NCBI RefSeq assembly: GCF_000406145.1
Contig: NZ_CM001976.1
Span: 3,712,855 to 3,744,854 of the forward strand
DNA from: Dickeya dadantii NCPPB 898
Lineage (GTDB): Bacteria > Pseudomonadota > Gammaproteobacteria > Enterobacterales > Enterobacteriaceae
Length of the DNA stretch: 32,000 bases
Direction: 5' to 3'
This document shows, in pieces, positions 24,800 to 32,000 of the stretch. The translations under genes and the position numbers were made by a program. The notes beneath the pieces are model-generated. The model ran no database searches and was not told where the DNA came from. It saw only the letters and a list, made by a program, of their open reading frames with translations. How positions within the stretch are numbered: position 1 is the stretch's first letter; every line of letters starts with the position of its first letter.

Positions 24800-25516
24800 A
24801 TGACCGGTAACGCTGTGCTACGGCTGCGCCAGCAGCGCCTTGCTCTCTCCACTCGCCCGTTTCGTGCCCGCGGCTGTCGTGTAATCCGCTGCCAGCGCTG
24901 CCTGCTGCCGGAAATCCACTGCCTGTGCGACACCCTCTCGCCGCGTACCGCCCGCAGCCGCTTCTGTCTGGTCATGTTCGACACCGAACCGATGAAGCCC
25001 AGTAATACCGGCCGCCTGATTGCCGATGTCCTGCCGCAGACCGATGCCTTTCTGTGGTCTCGTACCGAGCCGGATCCGGCGTTGCTTGCCGCCTTGCAGA
25101 CAGAAGAGTATCAACCCTGGCTGGTATTTCTGGCGGACGACAATGAAAGCGGCCGTCAGGTCTGTCACCAACTGCCCGCCGGTGGCAAACCGCCGCTGTT
25201 CGTGATGCTGGACGGCACCTGGCCGGAAGCGCGCAAAATGTTCCGCAAAAGCCCATACCTCGATACGCTGCCGATCCTGTCGCTAAGTGTAGATGCGTTG
25301 TCCAGCTATCAACTACGGGAGGCCAGCAGCGCCGGGCAGCACTGTACGGCGGAAATCGCCATTGCCTTGTTACGCCAGGCCGGCGACAGCGATGCCGCCG
25401 AAGCGCTGGCAGAGCATTTCGACCGTTTTCGCCGCCATTATCTGGCAGGCAAAGCCCACCACGCGAAAAAGAAAATTTCTTCCACTGTCACAGCAAAACC
25501 GGCAACAGACGTTTAA
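24800..25516 (+). CDS. tapT: DTW-domain tRNA-uridine aminocarboxypropyltransferase (YfiP/TapT)
   Basis: 238 aa. The Cys cluster is RCQRCLLPEIHCLC and the DTW motif is MLDGTWPEARKMFRKSPYL. It is collinear with E. coli YfiP. Confidence 0.9.
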   Translation: MTGNAVLRLRQQRLALSTRPFRARGCRVIRCQRCLLPEIHCLCDTLSPRTARSRFCLVMFDTEPMKPSNTGRLIADVLPQTDAFLWSRTEPDPALLAALQTEEYQPWLVFLADDNESGRQVCHQLPAGGKPPLFVMLDGTWPEARKMFRKSPYLDTLPILSLSVDALSSYQLREASSAGQHCTAEIAIALLRQAGDSDAAEALAEHFDRFRRHYLAGKAHHAKKKISSTVTAKPATDV

Positions 25517-25549
25517 GATCAATCAGGTGTCTTCCAACAGGAGTAACTG

Positions 25550-28216
25550 ATGAGTCAGCGCGGATTAGAGGCTCTGCTGCGGCCCCGTTCGATTGCGGTG
25601 ATCGGCGCGTCGGAAAAACCGGGGAGAGCCGGATTTCTGATGATGCGCAACCTGCTTGACGGCGGCTTCAACGGACCGGTGCTGCCGGTAACGCCCAAAT
25701 ATCAAGCGGTTTGCGGCGTACTGGCGTACCGCGATGTCGCCAGCCTGCCGATGACGCCCGACCTCGCCGTTATCTGCACGCGCGCCGACCGTAATCTGCC
25801 GCTGCTGGAAGCGCTGGGGCAGCGCGGCTGTAAAACGGTCATCGTGCTCTCAGCGCCGCCATCGCAGTTCGCCGAACTAAAAAGCTGCGCCACGCGCTAT
25901 GCCATACGGCTGCTGGGGCCAAACAGCCTTGGCCTGCTGGCGCCCTGGCAGGGACTCAACGCCAGCTTTTCGCCGGTACCGATCCTGAAAGGCAAGCTGG
26001 CGTTTATCTCCCAGTCGGCGGCGGTGTCCAACACCATACTGGACTGGGCGCAACAGCGCGGTATCGGCTTCTCCTACTTTATCGCGCTCGGCGACAGCCT
26101 GGATATTGACGTCGACGACCTGCTGGATTTTCTGGCGCGGGACGGCAAAACCAGCGCCATTTTGCTACATCTGGAACATATCAGCGACGCCCGGCGTTTT
26201 CTCTCGGCAGCGCGCAGCGCGTCCCGCAACAAGCCGATTCTGGTAATCAAAAGCGGGCGCAGCCGACAGGCGCAGCAACTGTTGCATGACGGCCAGCACG
26301 GGCTGGACGCCGCCTATGACGCCGCCATCCAGCGCGCCGGGCTACTGCGGGTGCAGGATACCCACGAGCTGTTTTCGGCGGTGGAAACCCTCAGCCACCT
26401 GCGTCCGCTGCGCGGCGAGCGCTTGCTGATCGTCAGCAACGGCGCGTCGCCCGCCGCTCAGGCACTGGATCAGTTAATCGCCCGTCAGGGCAAACTGGCG
26501 GCGCTGAGCGAGGCAACGCAGCAGGCGTTGCGCGCCGCGTTGCCCGACACCGTCGCCGTCGGCAATCCGCTGGACTTGCGCGACGACGCCACGCCGCAAC
26601 GTTATCTGGCGGCATTGTCGGCACTGCTGGACAGCGACGATTACGACGCGCTGCTGATTATCCACGCCCCAAGCGCCGCCGCGCCCGGCACGGAAAGCGC
26701 AGAAAGCCTGATTCAGCAGTTGCAGCAACATCCGCGCGGCAAACGCATCACGCTGCTGACCAACTGGTGCGGCGAATTCTCCTCACAAGAAGCGCGCCGC
26801 CTGTTTAACGAGGCGGGAATCCCAACTTATCGCACCCCGGAAGGCGCGGTGATCGCGTTCATGCATATCGTCGAATACCGCCGTAACCAGAAGCAGTTGA
26901 AAGAAACCCCGGCGCTGCCATCAGATCTCACCGCCAATGCCGCACAGGCGCACCAGTTGATCGCACAGGCGTTGCAGGAAGGCACCACCCGGCTCGATAC
27001 CCATGAAGTTCAGCCGATTCTGCAGGCCTACGGACTGAATACGTTGCCGACCTGGATTGCCGGCGACAGTACCGAAGCGGTGTACATCGCGGAAAAAATC
27101 GGCTACCCGGTCGCGCTTAAACTACGCTCTCCGGATATTCCCCACAAATCGGAAATTCAGGGCGTCATGCTGTACCTGCAGAATGCGCAAGAGGTGCAAC
27201 TGGCGGCGGAAGCGATGCTGGAACGGGTCAGGCACACCAACCCGCAAGCCCGCGTACATGGTTTGCTGGTACAGGGCATGGCGAATCGTACCGGTGCAAT
27301 GGAATTGCGTATCGCGGTCGAGCAGGATGCCATCTTTGGTCCGATCATCATGCTGGGTGAAGGCGGAATCGAATGGAGCCGGGAAACGCAGGCGGCGGTG
27401 GCATTACCGCCGCTGAATATGGCGCTGGCGCGTTATCTGATCGTCCAGGCGTTGAAAAGCGGCAAAATCCGCAGCCAAATCGCGCTCAAGCCACTGGATA
27501 TTCCGGCTTTCAGCCGGTTACTGGTGCAGGTTTCCAACCTGATTCTGGATTGCCCGGAGATCTCGCGTCTGGATATTCACCCGCTGCTGGCCTCCGGCGA
27601 CGAATTCACGCTGCTGGATGTGACGTTGCATCTGGCACCGTTCAGCGGCGACCCGCAGTCTCGTCTGTCTGTCCGCCCTTACCCGCAGGAACTGGAAGAA
27701 ACCGTCCAGCTCAAAGATGGCGTATCCTGCCTGTTCCGCCCCATTTTGCCCGAAGACGAACCGTTGCTGGCCAGCTTTATCGGGAAAGTGACCCGCGAGG
27801 ATCTGTATTACCGTTATTTCAGTGAAATCAACGAATTTACCCACGAAGATTTAGCCAATATGACCCAAATTGACTACGATCGTGAAATGGCGTTTATTGC
27901 TGTACGGTCAGGCGCGGAAGGCAAACAGGAGATCATCGGCGTCACACGCGCCATCGCCGACCCGGACAATATCAGCGCGGAATTCGCCGTACTGGTGCGA
28001 TCCGATCTGAAAGGGCTGGGATTAGGCAGAAAACTGCTGGAAAAGCTGATCCACTATGCCCGCGCCCACGGCCTGGCTCGTCTGAGCGGCATCACTATGC
28101 CGACGAATCAAGGTATGGTCACGCTGGCGAAAAAACTGGGCTTCGCCGTTGATGTGCAACTGGAAGACGGTATTGTGACGCTGGAACTGCCGCTGGCATC
28201 GTCCACACAGCCATAA
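25550..28216 (+). CDS. patZ: Protein lysine acetyltransferase Pat/PatZ (NDP-forming acyl-CoA synthetase-like domain plus C-terminal GNAT)
   Basis: 888 aa. The N-terminal CoA-binding region is LLRPRSIAVIGASEKPGRAGF. An ATP-grasp region follows. The C-terminal GNAT carries the acetyl-CoA motif LKGLGLGRKLLEKL. Confidence 0.93.
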   Translation: MSQRGLEALLRPRSIAVIGASEKPGRAGFLMMRNLLDGGFNGPVLPVTPKYQAVCGVLAYRDVASLPMTPDLAVICTRADRNLPLLEALGQRGCKTVIVLSAPPSQFAELKSCATRYAIRLLGPNSLGLLAPWQGLNASFSPVPILKGKLAFISQSAAVSNTILDWAQQRGIGFSYFIALGDSLDIDVDDLLDFLARDGKTSAILLHLEHISDARRFLSAARSASRNKPILVIKSGRSRQAQQLLHDGQHGLDAAYDAAIQRAGLLRVQDTHELFSAVETLSHLRPLRGERLLIVSNGASPAAQALDQLIARQGKLAALSEATQQALRAALPDTVAVGNPLDLRDDATPQRYLAALSALLDSDDYDALLIIHAPSAAAPGTESAESLIQQLQQHPRGKRITLLTNWCGEFSSQEARRLFNEAGIPTYRTPEGAVIAFMHIVEYRRNQKQLKETPALPSDLTANAAQAHQLIAQALQEGTTRLDTHEVQPILQAYGLNTLPTWIAGDSTEAVYIAEKIGYPVALKLRSPDIPHKSEIQGVMLYLQNAQEVQLAAEAMLERVRHTNPQARVHGLLVQGMANRTGAMELRIAVEQDAIFGPIIMLGEGGIEWSRETQAAVALPPLNMALARYLIVQALKSGKIRSQIALKPLDIPAFSRLLVQVSNLILDCPEISRLDIHPLLASGDEFTLLDVTLHLAPFSGDPQSRLSVRPYPQELEETVQLKDGVSCLFRPILPEDEPLLASFIGKVTREDLYYRYFSEINEFTHEDLANMTQIDYDREMAFIAVRSGAEGKQEIIGVTRAIADPDNISAEFAVLVRSDLKGLGLGRKLLEKLIHYARAHGLARLSGITMPTNQGMVTLAKKLGFAVDVQLEDGIVTLELPLASSTQP

Positions 28217-28367
28217 TCAGGCGCGCAGATGCGGGCGGGATCTCGCTACAGGCTGTAAAACTTGCTCACAACGCCTGCCAAGTAGTGGTATCATCGCCCG
28301 ATTCGGCTATGCCTTAACGTATATTTATGACCATGCGGTCCCACGATGAGAGAAGAATCGCACTGTG

Positions 28368-29723
28368 ATGTTGTCAAAATTAAAGCGTACGAAATATCAA
28401 CAACACCTTGCACAACTGCCTAAAATTCATCAGTCTGCCGATGATGTCCAGACGCTTCATAGCCCGGCGCTTTTCCGTACTACGCTGACAGAACAGATTC
28501 TGCAGGCGAAGAAACGCATCTATCTGGTAGCTCTGTATCTGGAACACGATGACGGCGGCGAAGGCATTCTGTCCGCACTCTATCAGGCCAAACGCCAATG
28601 CCCGGAACTGGAGATCGTCGTACTGGTCGACTGGCATCGCGCCCAGCGCGGCCGTATCGGCGTCGCCGCCGACAGCACCAACGCTGACTGGTACTACGAA
28701 ATGGCGCAACGGTACGATGATGCGCCCTTCCCGATTTATGGCGTCCCGGTCAATACGCGCGAAGCGCTGGGCGTCCTGCATCTGAAAGGGTTTATTATCG
28801 ATGACACGGTGCTTTACAGCGGCGCCAGTCTGAACGATGTCTACCTGCATCAGCATGAAAAATATCGTTATGACCGCTATCAGTTGATTCATAACCCTGT
28901 ACTGGCCGATGTCATGGCGCGTTATGTACAGGACCTACTGGCGTCGTCCGCCGTACAGCGGCTGGACCGTTCGTCTCGCCCTAAAACTATCGATATCAAG
29001 AACGATATCCGCCAGTTCCGCCAGTCATTGCGCTCCGCGACTTATCTGCTGCCGGGCGTCGGTGACAACAACCACCAATTGACGGTGACGCCGCTGGTCG
29101 GTCTGGGCAAGCAGAGCCCGCTGAACCGTACGATCCATCATCTGATGTACTGCACTGAGCAGCGCCTGGTGATGTGCACCCCCTACTTCAACTTACCGGC
29201 CTTGCTGGTACGCAACATTATCCGTCTGCTACGCAACGGCAAGCAGATCGAGATTATCATTGGCGACAAGACGGCAAACGACTTCTTTATCCCCGAAGAT
29301 CAGCCGTTCCGGATTATCGGTGCGCTGCCGTACCTGTATGAAATCAACCTGCGTCGCTTTCTGAGCCGGTTGCAGAAATACATCGACAGCAACCAACTGG
29401 TGATCCGACTGTGGAAGGACGGTGACAACAGCTTTCACCTGAAAGGCATGTGGGTGGACGATAACTGGCAATTGCTGACAGGTAATAACCTCAATCCCCG
29501 CGCCTGGCGGCTGGATCTGGAAAACGCCATCCTGATTCACGACCCGGAGCAGGTATTGCAGGTACAACGTCAGCAAGAGCTGGAGTGCATCCGCGCCCAT
29601 ACTCAAATCATTACTCACTACCAACAGTTGCAAAGCATCGCGCAATATCCGGTAAAAGTGCGCAAGCTTATCCGCCGCCTGCGCCGTATCCGCATCGATC
29701 GCCTGATCAGCCGGATTTTGTAA
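28368..29723 (+). CDS. pssA: CDP-diacylglycerol-serine O-phosphatidyltransferase (PLD superfamily) PssA
   Basis: 451 aa from the ATG at 28368; the track start at 28365 is GTG. MLSKLKRTKYQQHLAQLPKI matches the E. coli PssA start. There are two HKD motifs (HLKGFIIDD and HLKGMWVDD), and the C-terminus is KVRKLIRRLRRIRIDRLISRIL. Confidence 0.96.
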   Translation: MLSKLKRTKYQQHLAQLPKIHQSADDVQTLHSPALFRTTLTEQILQAKKRIYLVALYLEHDDGGEGILSALYQAKRQCPELEIVVLVDWHRAQRGRIGVAADSTNADWYYEMAQRYDDAPFPIYGVPVNTREALGVLHLKGFIIDDTVLYSGASLNDVYLHQHEKYRYDRYQLIHNPVLADVMARYVQDLLASSAVQRLDRSSRPKTIDIKNDIRQFRQSLRSATYLLPGVGDNNHQLTVTPLVGLGKQSPLNRTIHHLMYCTEQRLVMCTPYFNLPALLVRNIIRLLRNGKQIEIIIGDKTANDFFIPEDQPFRIIGALPYLYEINLRRFLSRLQKYIDSNQLVIRLWKDGDNSFHLKGMWVDDNWQLLTGNNLNPRAWRLDLENAILIHDPEQVLQVQRQQELECIRAHTQIITHYQQLQSIAQYPVKVRKLIRRLRRIRIDRLISRIL

Positions 29724-29835
29724 CCATCTGCCGTATTCCCGGCACAGTTTGTTAATACTCTGCCGGGAATGGTCATTGCTGTAGTAAGCTTTGTCAGGTT
29801 TCTTCGGCCAGTGGCAATACCGGTCACGAGGGGAG

Positions 29836-30162
29836 ATGATGCGCAAAGCACTACTATTATTGCTGCCCGTTTGTTCAGGATGCGCGCACATGGCGCAGGA
29901 TCAGTGGACAGGCATCGACAAAGCGAAACATTTCATGGCATCAGCGCTGCTCAGCGCCGCGGGCAGTGAATTCGCGGAACACCAGCATCAGAGCCGTGAT
30001 CGCAGTGCCGCATTCGGACTGATGTTTTCCGTCAGCATCGGCGCGGCCAAAGAAGCTTACGACAGCCGGCCGCAAGGTAGTGGCTGGAGCTGGAAAGATT
30101 TCACCTGGGACATAGCCGGCGCAACGGCCGGCTACTGTTTATGGCAGGCCGCCCATCGTTAG
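29836..30162 (+). CDS. yfiM: Small lipoprotein-like protein YfiM
   Basis: About 108 aa from the ATG at 29836 or 29839, with a GAGGGGAG RBS. The signal sequence [16 protein letters not shown] has a lipoprotein-like Cys. Its position between pssA and kgtP matches E. coli. Confidence 0.75.
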   Translation: MMRKALLLLLPVCSGCAHMAQDQWTGIDKAKHFMASALLSAAGSEFAEHQHQSRDRSAAFGLMFSVSIGAAKEAYDSRPQGSGWSWKDFTWDIAGATAGYCLWQAAHR

Positions 30163-31457
30163 AGCTTCTCGCCTTTCCCTTTGTGATGCAGCCCGAGTGA
30201 AACCAGAAACGCCAGCGCGCCCATCAGCGAAACATACCAGAAGAACGCCTCTTCCGTACCCAGCGATTTTAGCGACAGCGCCACATACTCAGCAGAACCG
30301 CCGAACAGGGCATTCGCCACGGCGTAAGACAACCCAACGCCCAGCGCCCGTACCTCTGGAGGAAACATTTCCGCCTTGAGAATGCCGCTGATCGAGGTAT
30401 AAAAACTCACGATCACCAGAGCCAGCATCACCAGCGCAAACGCGATGACCGGGTTGGTTACCCCTTGCAATGCAGACAGAATCGGCACCGTCAGCAATGC
30501 CGATAACGACCCGAAAAACAGCATGGAACTGCGACGCCCGATTTTATCGGACAGCGCGCCGAACACGGGTTGCAACAGCATGAAAGCCAACAGTGCCAGT
30601 GTCATCAACCCGCTGGCGGATTTGGCATTCATCCCGGCGGTATTCACCAGGTATTTCTGCATATAGGTGGTATAAGTATAGAAGCTCAGCGAGCCGCCGG
30701 CGGTAAAACCCAGCACCATAATGAAAGCTTTACGGTTGCGCCACAGCCCGCGCAGCGATCCGGCATCTTTATGCGCGCGAGTTTCACTGGCTGACGTTTC
30801 GTTAAGCGAACGACGCAGAAACAGCGCCACCACGGCCAGTGCCGCACCTAACGCAAACGGAATACGCCAACCCCACGTACGCAAATCCGTATCGGAAAGC
30901 ACTTGTTGCAGGATCACTACTACCAGTAATGCCAGCAATTGACCGCCGATCAATGTTACATATTGGAACGAAGCATAGAATCCTTTACGCCCTTCCAGCG
31001 CCACTTCGCTCATATAGGTTGCGCTAGTACCGTACTCCCCGCCAACCGACAGCCCCTGAAACAGACGAGCTACCAATAACAATAACGGCGCCCAGACGCC
31101 AATCGCCGCATAACCAGGCAGACAGGCGATCACCAGCGATCCCAGACACATCATGCACACAGAAATCAGCATCGATTTCTTACGGCCATATTTATCGGCA
31201 ATATAGCCGAATATCCAGCCGCCAATCGGACGCATCAAAAATCCGGCGGCAAATACGCCGGCGGTCTGTAACAATTGCGTTGTGGTATTACCGGTCGGGA
31301 AAAAGATATGAGCAAAATAAAGAGAGCAAAACGAATAGACATAAAAATCAAACCATTCCACCAGATTTCCCGATGACGCACCAACGATCGCCCAGATACG
31401 CTGGCGTGCGGTATTTATGGTGTTTGTTTCTTGTTGTGGGTTTATTGTCTTTGCCAT
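30159..31457 (-). CDS. kgtP: Alpha-ketoglutarate:H+ symporter KgtP (MFS, MHS family)
   Basis: 432 aa. [62 protein letters not shown] is near-identical to E. coli KgtP. Confidence 0.96.
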   Translation of the reverse strand: MAKTINPQQETNTINTARQRIWAIVGASSGNLVEWFDFYVYSFCSLYFAHIFFPTGNTTTQLLQTAGVFAAGFLMRPIGGWIFGYIADKYGRKKSMLISVCMMCLGSLVIACLPGYAAIGVWAPLLLLVARLFQGLSVGGEYGTSATYMSEVALEGRKGFYASFQYVTLIGGQLLALLVVVILQQVLSDTDLRTWGWRIPFALGAALAVVALFLRRSLNETSASETRAHKDAGSLRGLWRNRKAFIMVLGFTAGGSLSFYTYTTYMQKYLVNTAGMNAKSASGLMTLALLAFMLLQPVFGALSDKIGRRSSMLFFGSLSALLTVPILSALQGVTNPVIAFALVMLALVIVSFYTSISGILKAEMFPPEVRALGVGLSYAVANALFGGSAEYVALSLKSLGTEEAFFWYVSLMGALAFLVSLGLHHKGKGEKL

Positions 31458-31583
31458 ATAAGCGTTACCCTTCCTGTCTGCTATTTAATGATTATTTTAT
31501 AGTAGATACAGTAAAACAGGCTCGGTAGTTCAAGGCAAAGGCTAACTGGTTCATGTAATTATTTAAGCTGACGGCGTCACTCT

Positions 31584-31616
31584 GCAATGAAATAACAGCA
31601 AAGGTTATTTCATTGC
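31584..31616. promoter_or_regulatory. Perfect 13-bp inverted repeat GCAATGAAATAAC-N7-GTTATTTCATTGC upstream of kgtP
   Basis: It lies 127-159 nt upstream of the kgtP start and about 95 nt from the rrn terminator. No U-tract follows on either strand. Confidence 0.3.
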
Positions 31617-31710
31617 GATTAAAGCAGGAAATCCCGGGAATATGGTAAGGATATAATCAGTGAATATGGGGATAGTAAATGGAACGCCTCAACGTTATTC
31701 AGGACAAGCA

Positions 31711-31740
31711 AAAGAAAAAAGGCCATCCGTCTGGATGGCC
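31711..31740 (-). terminator. rRNA operon rho-independent terminator
   Basis: On the minus strand, AGGCCATCC-agac-GGATGGCCT is followed by TTTTTTCTTTT, 14 nt downstream of the 5S 3' end. Confidence 0.85.
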
Positions 31741-31754
31741 TTTCTTGCTGTTTG

Positions 31755-31874
31755 ATGTCTGGCAGTTCCCTACTCTCGCATGGGGAGACCCCACACTACC
31801 ATCGGCGCTACGGCGTTTCACTTCTGAGTTCGGCATGGGGTCAGGTGGGACCACCGCGCTTTTGCCGCCAGACA
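31755..31874 (-). rRNA. rrf: 5S ribosomal RNA
   Basis: The 120-nt reverse complement reads TGTCTGGCGGCAAAAGCGCGGTGGTCCCACCTGACCCCATGCCGAACTCAGAAGTGAAACGCCGTAGCGCCGATGGTAGTGTGGGGTCTCCCCATGCGAGAGTAGGGAACTGCCAGACAT. This is near-identical to E. coli 5S rRNA. Confidence 0.97.
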
Positions 31875-31914
31875 AATTCTTTTATTTAATTCGCCGAACA
31901 CTACTTAAAACAAG

Positions 31915-31990
31915 TGGTGCTGATACCCAGAGTCGAACTGGGGACCTCACCCTTACCAAGGGTGCGCTCTACCAACTGAGCCATATCAGC
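31915..31990 (-). tRNA. thrV: tRNA-Thr (anticodon GGU)
   Basis: The reverse complement is GCTGATATGGCTCAGTTGGTAGAGCGCACCCTTGGTAAGGGTGAGGTCCCCAGTTCGACTCTGGGTATCAGCACCA. It is 76 nt with encoded CCA and the anticodon loop TTGGTAA. It matches E. coli thrV as recalled. Confidence 0.95.
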
Positions 31991-32000
31991 ACACATAATT

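Noticed and set aside
31875-32000. The tRNA-Thr as an integration hotspot (genomic island or prophage att site)
   Set aside because: The tRNA is embedded in an rRNA operon. No integrase and no direct repeat of the tRNA 3' end is visible within the window.
1-32000. A defence, toxin-antitoxin, secretion or other novel multi-gene system hidden among the listed genes
   Set aside because: Every ORF of substantial length that is not an antisense shadow has a confident housekeeping, transport or catabolic assignment. The intergenic gaps are too short to hide additional multi-gene systems.

Overview
The window is a chromosomal segment from an Enterobacterales gamma-proteobacterium, with GC-rich codon usage, an ERIC element, and gene order that tracks E. 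coli blocks. From 1 to 11.9 kb lies a purine and ureide nitrogen-scavenging cluster. It holds an RpiR regulator divergent from a GGT-fold amidohydrolase and a translationally coupled AtzG/AtzE/AtzH-like trio (Klebsiella hpxU-hpxWXYZ type). A convergent GntR-allantoin racemase-PuuE allantoinase operon (hpxSAB type) follows, then an NCS1 permease, and an allophanate hydrolase with its own GntR regulator. Three of these units are preceded by -24/-12 (sigma54-like) motifs. From 11.9 to 22.5 kb the genes are core: a long AT-rich, G-poor proU control region, proVWX, ygaY-like MFS, ygaZH, and mprA-emrAB. From 22.5 to 32 kb the order is yfiF (with an in-frame 24-bp tandem repeat), an enlarged ERIC element, trxC, tapT (yfiP), patZ, pssA, yfiM, kgtP, and then the distal end of an rRNA operon (tRNA-Thr(GGU), 5S rRNA, terminator) on the minus strand. 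I see no IS element, integrase, prophage, CRISPR array, toxin-antitoxin pair or recognisable defence gene, and no strong case for a wholly new multi-gene system. The least explained functional unit is the hpxWXYZ-like module together with the orphan allophanate hydrolase. The other findings are small-scale: candidate RpoN promoters, operator palindromes, a repeated motif and chained mini-ORFs in the mprA-emrA region, tandem repeats, and structured intergenic DNA. All homology calls rest on reading the translated ORFs and on recall of the families. No database search was run.
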